Part shown: positions 1 to 7,632 of the stretch, piece by piece | How positions within the stretch are numbered: the first letter of the stretch is position 1 | Layout: every line of letters starts with the position of its first letter | Assembly: GCA_003133025.1 (NCBI GenBank) | Contig: PKZK01000024.1 | Coordinates: 1-13,201, forward strand | DNA length: 13,201 nucleotides | Reading direction: 5' to 3' | Source: Vulcanimicrobiota bacterium | GTDB lineage: Bacteria; Vulcanimicrobiota; Vulcanimicrobiia; Vulcanimicrobiales; Vulcanimicrobiaceae | Notes under the pieces: model-generated | Database searches by the model: none | Told to the model about the DNA's origin: nothing | What the model saw: the letters and a program-made list of their open reading frames with translations, nothing else | Made by a program: the position numbers and the translations under genes

Positions 1-1149
1 GTCGAGGAAGCGGCCTCCGGCGTGAAGGGCGAGAATTCCGTCAAGATCTTCGGGGGCGAGCTGAAGACATTGCAAAACGCCGCCGACGAGGTATCGAGAG
101 CCATGGCCAAAGTGCCCGGCATCGCCGACCTCGGCGTGTTCGAGTCGCTGGGCGAGCCGACGTTGAACATCGTGGTCGACCGCAAGCGCGCGGGGCGCTA
201 CGGTCTCGCGCCCGGCGACGTCAATGCCGCGGTGCAAAACGCGATCGGCGGTCAGGCCGCCGGCAACCTGTACGAACCCGGGAGCGACCGCAACTTCCCC
301 ATCGTGGTACGTCTCGCGCCACAGTTTCGCTCGACCGTCGAAGAAATCAAGAAGATCACCGTCAGCGCGCCCGCTCCCGGCGGCATCGGCACGGTGCCCG
401 TTCCGCTGGGCGACGTGGCCGACGTCCGGTTCGTCGACGGCGCCTCGCAGATCTTCCGTGAGAACCAGGAGCGGTACGTTCCGGTGAAATATAGCGTGCG
501 CGGTCGCGATCTCGGTAGCGCAGTCCTCGACGCGCAGGCTCGCGTTGCGAAGGAAGTGCATCTGCCCAGCGGCGTGCGTCTCGAGTGGGTGGGCGAACTC
601 ACCGAATTCAACGAAGCGCTGGCGCGGCTCGGCGTCGCGGTGCCGGTGAGCCTGTTGCTGGTGTTGATCTTGCTCTACTTCAACTTCGGGTCGGTCAGGG
701 AGGCGCTGCTTTCGGCGAGCGTCCTGCCGCTCGCGGTCGTCGGCGGCGTGCTCATTCTGGCGCTGACCCACACGCCGCTCAGCGTCTCCGCGACGATCGG
801 TTTCATCGCGCTCTTCGGTATCTCGATCATGAACGGGCTGATCATCGTCAGTTCGTTCAACGAGAACATCGCTCAGGGTATGTTGCTGTTGCCCGCGATT
901 CGGAAGGCCTGCGACCATCAGCTTCGTCCGGTCGTGATGACCTGCATCGCGGCGTGCGTCGGCCTCTTGCCGGCCGCCCTCTCGAACGGCATCGGCTCGC
1001 AGGTGCAAAAGCCGCTTGCGCTCGTGGTCGTGGGCGGTAGCTTGGTGGCGCCGTTTCTGATCTTGCTGGTATTGCCGGTGTTGCTCAGCGTCTTCGGCAA
1101 GGGCGGTGCGGTCAAGTCGCCGCCGCTTCCCGCACGGAGCGTGACGTGA
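1..1149 (+). CDS. RND efflux permease, CzcA/CusA heavy-metal efflux family (C-terminal part; 5' end outside window)
   Basis: Frame is open from base 1 (VEEAASGVKGENSVKIFG), so the ORF-track start at 22 is internal. RND porter/docking segment (VPLGDVA, RENQERY, VRGRDLGS) is followed by C-terminal TM helices with HME-type motifs GFIALFGISIMNG and LRPVVMT...GIGSQVQKPLALVVVGG. Confidence 0.9.
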   Translation, partial: VEEAASGVKGENSVKIFGGELKTLQNAADEVSRAMAKVPGIADLGVFESLGEPTLNIVVDRKRAGRYGLAPGDVNAAVQNAIGGQAAGNLYEPGSDRNFPIVVRLAPQFRSTVEEIKKITVSAPAPGGIGTVPVPLGDVADVRFVDGASQIFRENQERYVPVKYSVRGRDLGSAVLDAQARVAKEVHLPSGVRLEWVGELTEFNEALARLGVAVPVSLLLVLILLYFNFGSVREALLSASVLPLAVVGGVLILALTHTPLSVSATIGFIALFGISIMNGLIIVSSFNENIAQGMLLLPAIRKACDHQLRPVVMTCIAACVGLLPAALSNGIGSQVQKPLALVVVGGSLVAPFLILLVLPVLLSVFGKGGAVKSPPLPARSVT

Positions 1150-2615
1150 AGCGCATCTACGTTTCCGGCGCGATGATCGCGGCGCTCGCGCTCGCCGGCT
1201 GCAAGCAGCCGCAGCCGCCGCCGACGCCCGTTCCGCCCGCGCCCACCGCCACCGGATACGGTGACGTCCCGCCCGCGACCGCGTCGGCCAACGTCGCGGC
1301 CGGCGTCGCGCAGCGCTTCCACGTCGATATGGACGTGCCCGCGCAGTGGTGGACGCTTTTCCATTCCGAAGAGCTCAACGCGCTCGTCACCGAGGCGATC
1401 GCGAAGAATCCCGACATCGCCTCGGCTCAGGCTGCGCTTCGTGCGGCGCGCGAGAGCTACGTGGCCCAGCGATCCTCCGCCTATCCCAACGCCCAGGGCT
1501 CTTTTGGGGTCACGCGACAGCAATCGCCGACATTTTACGCGCCGCCGCTCAACAGCAACGCCTATGTGTACGGTATCCACACGCTTTCGCTCGACGTGGC
1601 CTACACGCCCGACGTGTTCGGAAACCTCCGCTACCAAACGCTCGCAGCCAAGGCGGGCGTCGACATCCAGCGGTACCAGACCGAGGCGACGTATCTGACG
1701 CTGACGTCGAACGTCGCGCTGACGGCCATCCAACTCGCCTCCATTCGCGATCAGCTCGCCACGACGCACAAGATCATCGAGATCGACCGGAAACTGATCG
1801 ACCTGGCCAAGGCGCAGCGTACCTATGCCCAGGCCGCGGGACTCGACGTACTCTCGCAGGAGGCAGCGCTGGCGGCGATCGAGCAAACCGTGCCGCCGCT
1901 CGAGAAGCAGTTGGGCCAGACCCGCGATCAGCTCGCGCGACTTCTCGGCCGCACGCCCAACGACGCGCCCCCGGCGGCGTTCGATCTGGTCGCGTTGCAT
2001 CTGCCGGAAGATCTGCCGCTTTCGTTGCCCTCGAAACTGATCGTGCAGCGTCCCGACATCGCCGCCGCAACGGCGACCCTCGTGCAAGCCGGCGATCAAG
2101 TCGGCGTGGCCTACACTAATCGGCTGCCGAATTTCTCGATCAACGCCCAGACCGCAACGCAAGCGCTGAGCCTCATCGGACTCTTCGGACCGGGGTCGTT
2201 GCTCTCGGTGCTCACGGCGCAGGTTGCGGCCCCGTTCTACGACCACGGCACGCTCAAGCACCGTGAGGCGGCGGCCATCGCCCAATACGACGAAGCCGCG
2301 GCCGACTACCAAGGTGCGGTGCTCAGCGGCTTCCAGAACGTGGCCGATTCGATGGTCGCCCTGACCAAGGATGCCGACGGCCTGCGTGCCGCGGCGTCGG
2401 CCGACGCTGCAGCGACCAAGTCGCTGCGCATCGTGCAATATCAACTCCGTTACGGTTCGGTCTCCGCGCTCGCCGAACTCAATGCCGAACAGACCTATCA
2501 GCAAGCCGAACTCGCCGTCGTCCAGGCGCAGGCGGCGCGCTTCAGCGATACGGTCGCGCTTTTCCAAGCGCTGGGCGGCGGTTGGTGGAACCGCGCCGAA
2601 ACGACCGGCTCGTAA
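1146..2615 (+). CDS. Efflux outer-membrane factor lipoprotein (NodT/OprM/TolC family)
   Basis: Signal peptide with lipobox LAGC. Motifs QWWTLF..EELNALV.EAIAKNPDI, LPSKLIVQRPDIAAA and C-terminal LFQALGGGWW. GTGA start/stop overlap (1146-1149) with the RND gene. Confidence 0.92.
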   Translation: MKRIYVSGAMIAALALAGCKQPQPPPTPVPPAPTATGYGDVPPATASANVAAGVAQRFHVDMDVPAQWWTLFHSEELNALVTEAIAKNPDIASAQAALRAARESYVAQRSSAYPNAQGSFGVTRQQSPTFYAPPLNSNAYVYGIHTLSLDVAYTPDVFGNLRYQTLAAKAGVDIQRYQTEATYLTLTSNVALTAIQLASIRDQLATTHKIIEIDRKLIDLAKAQRTYAQAAGLDVLSQEAALAAIEQTVPPLEKQLGQTRDQLARLLGRTPNDAPPAAFDLVALHLPEDLPLSLPSKLIVQRPDIAAATATLVQAGDQVGVAYTNRLPNFSINAQTATQALSLIGLFGPGSLLSVLTAQVAAPFYDHGTLKHREAAAIAQYDEAAADYQGAVLSGFQNVADSMVALTKDADGLRAAASADAAATKSLRIVQYQLRYGSVSALAELNAEQTYQQAELAVVQAQAARFSDTVALFQALGGGWWNRAETTGS

Positions 2616-2618
2616 CGG

Positions 2619-4499
2619 CTACAGCGGAACCACCACGCCGATCTGCACCTGCCAATCTTGGCGAATGCCCAAGTCTTCGGGCAGCGGGTGTGCGTTGCGC
2701 AGCAAGAGGTCGAAGTAACCGCGCATCCAGCCGGGCATCGGGTCGTGCTCGTCGCGCACGAGTTTCGGATTAGCGTAGAAGAAGGACGTGTCGGCTCCGT
2801 CGAGCACGAGGCCGGCCTCGGAACAGGACTCTAAAATCGGCGCGATGTTGGGCCGCTCCATGTAACCGAAATTCGCGGTCACGAGCGTCAAGCGGTCGGA
2901 AACGCGCTGGATTGCGACGCGCTGCTCGTCGGAGACGTAGGGGCTCGCGGCGCGCACGAGCGTCAAGAGAATGACGCGCCCTTCATCGGCGCGTTCGCGG
3001 ATCCACTCGTGCGAACCGCCCATGAAGGGCACGCCGTGTTGATCCCCGGTCATGAAGATCATCGTGCCGCGCGCCTTGGCTTTTGCCGGCTTGCTTTCGT
3101 GCACGTATTGCTCGAGCGGCATCTGCAGGTCGAGGAGCGTCTTGGCGATGCAGCGCCGGCCTTCGAGCCAAGTGATCGCGGTCACCACGAACGCGGCGCT
3201 GATGAGCAGCGGCACCCAGGCGCCCTCCGGAATCTTGGGCAAGCCCGAGAGAAAGAACGTGCCGTCGAGTAAAACGAACGACGCGACCAGCGGGATCACG
3301 TAGAACTTGTTCCATTTGAGGACGTTGGCCACCACGTCGTAGAATGCGATCGAGGTCGCGAGCATGGTGGCCGACACGGCGAGGCCATATGCCGCGGCGA
3401 GGTTATCGCTCGAGCGGAAGGTCACGACGAGCACCACGCAGGCGATGCCCAAAGCCACGTTGACCGCCGGGACGTAGACTTGGCCGCGCTGGTTCGTGGA
3501 CGTGTGAATCACGGAGAGGCGCGGCCACAAATTCAGGTTGATGGCCTGTTCGGTCAGCGTGAAGGCGCCCGAGATCAGCGCTTGCGAGGCGATCACGGTG
3601 GCCAGCGTTGCCAGGATCACCATCGGAATCAAGAACGGTCCGGGCGCGAGCGCGAAAAACGGCGAGTCGAATGCGTGCCGGTCGACGAGCAAAATCGCTC
3701 CTTGCCCGAGGTAGCTCAAGAGCAACGTGGGGAAGACGAGCGCGTACCAGGCCGCAACGATCGGAGGCCGGCCGAAGTGCGACATGTCGGCGTAGAGTGC
3801 TTCGACGCCGGTCATGGCCAGCACGATGGCACCGAACACCAGAAAGCCGAAGATGCCGTGGTGCGTCACGAAGCGGATCGCGTGCAACGGGTTCAGCGCG
3901 AACAGAATCTGCGGCGCCTTGAAGATCGCCACCAGTCCGCTCGCACCGATGGCCAAGAACCAAACGACCATCACCGGTCCGAAGATCTTGCCGACGCGTT
4001 GCGTACCGCGCGATTGGATCAGGAAGAGGGCGATCAGGATCGCCACCGAGATCGGCACGATAAAGGGTTGCGCCGCTTTGGTAGCCACGCCGATGCCTTC
4101 GACCGCGGAGATCACCGAGATTGCCGGCGTTATGATGCCGTCGCCGAAGAGCATTGCTGCGCCCGCGATCACGACGATCGTGAGCCAGCCGACCCGCAGC
4201 GGCATGCCGAACGATTTCGGCGGCGAAGCGAGGGCCAGCAACGCTAGGATGCCGCCCTCGCCCTCGTGGTTGACCAGCATCAGATTGCCGATGTACTTCA
4301 CGCAGACGACGAAGGCCAGCGCCCAGAGCAACACCGAGAGGATCCCGAGCACGTTCTCGAGCGTGGGCTCGACGTGCGCGGTGGTGAAGCACGTTTTGAT
4401 CGTGTACAGCGGGCTCGTGCCGATGTCGCCGAACACGACGCCGAGGGCGGCCACGGCGAGTCCGGGGTTCGGCCCCTTTGGGGCGGTAGCTTCTGCCAT
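2619..4499 (-). CDS. kup: KUP/HAK/KT family potassium transporter (~626 aa)
   Basis: Signature motifs LGVVFGDIGTSPLY, GEGGILAL, FGDGIITPAISVISAVEG, TGVEALYADMSHFG, IASQALISGAF, GQVYVP, LAAAYGLAV and FGYME. ATG at 4499 preferred over 4523; start uncertain by 8 codons. Confidence 0.95.
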   Translation of the reverse strand: MAEATAPKGPNPGLAVAALGVVFGDIGTSPLYTIKTCFTTAHVEPTLENVLGILSVLLWALAFVVCVKYIGNLMLVNHEGEGGILALLALASPPKSFGMPLRVGWLTIVVIAGAAMLFGDGIITPAISVISAVEGIGVATKAAQPFIVPISVAILIALFLIQSRGTQRVGKIFGPVMVVWFLAIGASGLVAIFKAPQILFALNPLHAIRFVTHHGIFGFLVFGAIVLAMTGVEALYADMSHFGRPPIVAAWYALVFPTLLLSYLGQGAILLVDRHAFDSPFFALAPGPFLIPMVILATLATVIASQALISGAFTLTEQAINLNLWPRLSVIHTSTNQRGQVYVPAVNVALGIACVVLVVTFRSSDNLAAAYGLAVSATMLATSIAFYDVVANVLKWNKFYVIPLVASFVLLDGTFFLSGLPKIPEGAWVPLLISAAFVVTAITWLEGRRCIAKTLLDLQMPLEQYVHESKPAKAKARGTMIFMTGDQHGVPFMGGSHEWIRERADEGRVILLTLVRAASPYVSDEQRVAIQRVSDRLTLVTANFGYMERPNIAPILESCSEAGLVLDGADTSFFYANPKLVRDEHDPMPGWMRGYFDLLLRNAHPLPEDLGIRQDWQVQIGVVVPL

Positions 4500-4577
4500 C
4501 GCGCCTGTGTATACGCGAAACATTCCGATATTCCGCGAGGCGGGGTTGCGCGCGCGAGGCGCTGAACCAGACGCGCG

Positions 4578-5996
4578 ATGTTTTTCACCGGATTCGCGCT
4601 TGCGGTCGCATTTGTGTCGCCCGCGCCCGCAACTCCGGGCGCTAGTCCATCCGGCTCACCCGCGCCTAGCCCTGCCGTCTCAGCGGCCCCTTCGCCTGCG
4701 CCGACCGCGACGCCCAAGCCCGAACGCTTCAGCGCGCACCTGCAAGCGACCGACACGCAGCAGTATCACGGCGGATTCCGCGCCGCGTATTCCGGGCCCC
4801 AGAGCCTCTCCGCGCGGCCCGATACGGCGAAGACGATCGACGCGACTTTGTTCCTCGGCGCGCATCTCTGGCAGGGCGGCGAATTGTACGTGAACCCCGA
4901 ATTGGATCAAGGTTTTGGATTGGGTCAGCCCGCGCCACCCGGCGGCATCTACGAGGGCACCGTCGGCGTCGCGGGCTACGTGAGCGGCGAGGCGTACAAG
5001 GTGGGTCGAGACAGTTCGTACGGCCGGATCCAGCGCTCGTTCTTGCGCCAGACGATCGAGCTCGGCGGCGGCGATGCACGGAGCGTCGATCCCGACATCA
5101 ATCAACTCGGCGGCTCGATTGCGCCCAAGCATCTCATTCTGACCGCGGGCAAGTTCTCGGTGGTCGACGTGTTCGACGACAACGTCTACGCGCACGATCC
5201 GAAGAACGATTTCCTCAACTGGACGATCATCGACATGGGTTCGTTCGACTACGCGGCCGACGCGTGGGGTTACACCTACGGTGCGAGTGCGGAACTCACG
5301 AGCGGCCTCTCGACCGCCCGCGCCGGACTCTTTCAACTGTCACTGCAGCCCAACGTGATCGCGGTCGAATCCGTGCCGCTGCGCCAGTATATGCCCGTGT
5401 TCGAATTCGAGCGGCGCACGTCGCTCTTCGGCGGCCGGCCGGGTGCGCTCAAAGCGTTGGCCTATTACGACGACGGCTACATGGGTGCGTACGCCGATGC
5501 GGTCGATGCGGCGATCGGAACGGGCAAGCCGCCCAGTACTGCGGACGTGCGTCAGAACAAGCACGTCAAGATCGGCGAGGGCCTCAACCTGGCTCAAGAG
5601 ATCGCGCCCCATGTGGGCGTCTTCGCGCGGCTCAGCGCGATGAACGGAACCTATGAAGCCTTCGAGTTCAGCGACGTCGACCGCGCGGCATCGGGTGGCG
5701 TCTCGATCGACGGTGGCCTCTATCATCGACCCGACGACGCCTTCGGTCTCGCCTGCGCTTTCAACGCGATCTCCACGCCCGCGCAGCGCTATTTCGCGGC
5801 CGGAGGCCTGGGCATTCTCGCCGGCGACGGCGCCCTCTCGTACGCGGGCGAACGCGTGCTCGAGACCTACTATAAGGCCGGTTTCACCAAGCATTTCGCG
5901 CTGACGTTCGATTACCAGTACATTACGAACCCGGCCTACAATACGGCGCGCGGCCCCGTCTCCGTGTACGGCCTGCGCTACCACGTGCAACTCTGA
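4578..5996 (+). CDS. Outer-membrane porin, OprB/'carbohydrate porin' superfamily, MnoP-like subgroup
   Basis: Sec signal peptide, then a Pro/Ser/Ala linker. Motifs LWQGGELYVNPE..QGFG, FLRQTIELGG, GKFSVVDVFDDNVYAHDP..FLNW, FDYAADAWGY and DYQYITNPAYN.ARGPV. Ends in a beta-strand-like GLRYHVQL. Confidence 0.8.
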   Translation: MFFTGFALAVAFVSPAPATPGASPSGSPAPSPAVSAAPSPAPTATPKPERFSAHLQATDTQQYHGGFRAAYSGPQSLSARPDTAKTIDATLFLGAHLWQGGELYVNPELDQGFGLGQPAPPGGIYEGTVGVAGYVSGEAYKVGRDSSYGRIQRSFLRQTIELGGGDARSVDPDINQLGGSIAPKHLILTAGKFSVVDVFDDNVYAHDPKNDFLNWTIIDMGSFDYAADAWGYTYGASAELTSGLSTARAGLFQLSLQPNVIAVESVPLRQYMPVFEFERRTSLFGGRPGALKALAYYDDGYMGAYADAVDAAIGTGKPPSTADVRQNKHVKIGEGLNLAQEIAPHVGVFARLSAMNGTYEAFEFSDVDRAASGGVSIDGGLYHRPDDAFGLACAFNAISTPAQRYFAAGGLGILAGDGALSYAGERVLETYYKAGFTKHFALTFDYQYITNPAYNTARGPVSVYGLRYHVQL

Positions 5997-6081
5997 CTTC
6001 AGCGTGACGACCTCGCGAGGCGGCAGCGACAGCGGCGGACGCGGCGCGGTGTTCCGAGTCGCGCCGTAGAAGCCCCGACGG

Positions 6082-7632
6082 GTGTGGGTGCTCGCGGTTG
6101 CCATCATCGGTTCGAGCATGATCTTCATCGATGCCAACGCGGTCAACGTGGCGTTGCCTTCGATGCAGCGCGACCTTCATGCCTCGGCGGCCGAGTTGCA
6201 ATGGGTCGTCGAGGGGTACTCGCTCTTCCTGTCGGCGTTGATCCTCATCGGCGGATCGCTGGGCGACATCTTCGGGCGGCGTCTGATCTTCGTCATCGGG
6301 ATCGCGCTGTTCGCCTGCGCGTCGGCCGGCTGTGCCGCCGCGGGTTCGATCGGCGAACTCGAAATCGCGCGCTGCATCCAAGGCGTGGGTGGCGCGCTCG
6401 CCACGCCCGGGAGCTTGGCCTTGATCAGTGCCAACTTCCCCGACGCCGAACGCGGCCGCGCCATCGGCACCTGGTCCGGCTTTGCGGCGATCACGGCGGC
6501 GCTCGGGCCGCTGCTGGGCGGATGGCTCGCGCAACACGCCTCGTGGCGGTACGTCTTCTTGATCAACTTGCCCCTCGCCGTCTTCGTCGCGATCGCGGCG
6601 CTCGCGCGCGTCCCGGAGAGCCGCGATGAAGACGTCGATCGAACGGTCGACGCCGGCGGTGCGAGCCTAGCCACGCTCGGCCTCGGCGCGCTGACCTTCG
6701 GGCTGATTCGTTTGCAGACCGACGTGGGCGACATCCCGGGGCTCGCGTCGTGCTCGTGCGGCATCCTGCTGCTCGTCGCTTTCTTCCTATGGGAGCGGCG
6801 TGCGAAGGTGCCGATGATTCCGACCAACGTCTTCGCCAACGTCACGTTCTCGATTGCAAACGCGTATACGTTGCTGCTCTATGCCGCGCTCGGCGGCAGC
6901 CTGTTCTTCGTGCCCTTCGATCTACAGAACGTCTTGGGTTACTCCCCTACCGCCGCGGGTGCTTCGCTGCTACCGTTCATCGTCATCATGTTTACGCTCT
7001 CGCGCTGGTCGGGTGGCCTGGTCGCGCGGATCGGCGCACGTTTGCCGCTGGTGACGGGCAGCATTCTCGCAGGCATCGGTTTCCTGGCTTTTGCGCGCGC
7101 GAGCGGCGGCGGCTCGTACTGGACGACGTTCTTCCCCGCGGCCGTCCTGCTGGGCTTTGGCGGGGCGTTGTTCGTCGCGCCGTTGACGACGACCGTGATG
7201 GAAGCGCTCGATCCGGCGCGCGCCGGGCTCGCCTCGGGCATCAACAACGCGGTGTCGCGCATCGCGGCACTCGTGGCCATCGCGGCACTCGGGATCGTGC
7301 TGTCGACGGTGTTGCTGGCGCATTTCGACGGCGCCCTGGGTGCGTTGCACCTTCCGCAGAGCACCCTGTCCTCGCTTGCCGGCGACCGCGCATCGCTGAC
7401 CACGGGGCGCGTGCCCGCGAATCTTCCCGAGCCCGACCGTGCCCGTGTCGACGCCGCGCTCCGCGACGCGTATACCGCCGGTTTTCGAGCGGTCATGCTG
7501 CTCTCGGCGTTGCTTTCGTTTGCAGCGGCGTTGGTTGCGTGGTTCGGCCTCAGTGGTGGCCCGGACCGTCGAGCGGACGCTGGTCGCTCTCGCGCGGCAC
7601 CAGCACCAGCAATTCCCGCGCTCCCGCGTTGA
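6082..7632 (+). CDS. MFS drug:H+ antiporter, DHA2 (EmrB/QacA-like, 14-TMS) family
   Basis: Motif D-like FIDANAVNVALP, motif A GSLGDIFGRR, motif B ARCIQGVG, motif C-like GPLLGGWL, and WRYVFLINLP. Many hydrophobic helices. An in-frame TAG at 6067-6069 limits the start to GTG 6082 or later. Confidence 0.92.
   Translation: MWVLAVAIIGSSMIFIDANAVNVALPSMQRDLHASAAELQWVVEGYSLFLSALILIGGSLGDIFGRRLIFVIGIALFACASAGCAAAGSIGELEIARCIQGVGGALATPGSLALISANFPDAERGRAIGTWSGFAAITAALGPLLGGWLAQHASWRYVFLINLPLAVFVAIAALARVPESRDEDVDRTVDAGGASLATLGLGALTFGLIRLQTDVGDIPGLASCSCGILLLVAFFLWERRAKVPMIPTNVFANVTFSIANAYTLLLYAALGGSLFFVPFDLQNVLGYSPTAAGASLLPFIVIMFTLSRWSGGLVARIGARLPLVTGSILAGIGFLAFARASGGGSYWTTFFPAAVLLGFGGALFVAPLTTTVMEALDPARAGLASGINNAVSRIAALVAIAALGIVLSTVLLAHFDGALGALHLPQSTLSSLAGDRASLTTGRVPANLPEPDRARVDAALRDAYTAGFRAVMLLSALLSFAAALVAWFGLSGGPDRRADAGRSRAAPAPAIPALPR

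Noticed and set aside
918..2567. 549-aa minus-strand ORF and other long alternative-frame ORFs (e.g. 3814..4893, 6750..8078, 9691..10878)
   Set aside because: These are shadow ORFs overlapping well-supported genes, with Arg/Ala/Pro-biased composition and no family motifs.
4500..4577. Possible c-di-AMP (ydaO) or other riboswitch upstream of kup
   Set aside because: The spacer is only 78 bp, with no recognisable aptamer motifs or terminator hairpin.
6004..6081. In-frame GTG 6004 ORF ending at TAG 6067-6069, just upstream of the MFS gene (possible readthrough, uORF or nonsense mutation)
   Set aside because: There is no SD before 6004, the peptide is unrecognisable, and the MFS is complete from TM1 at 6082. 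There is no evidence for recoding.
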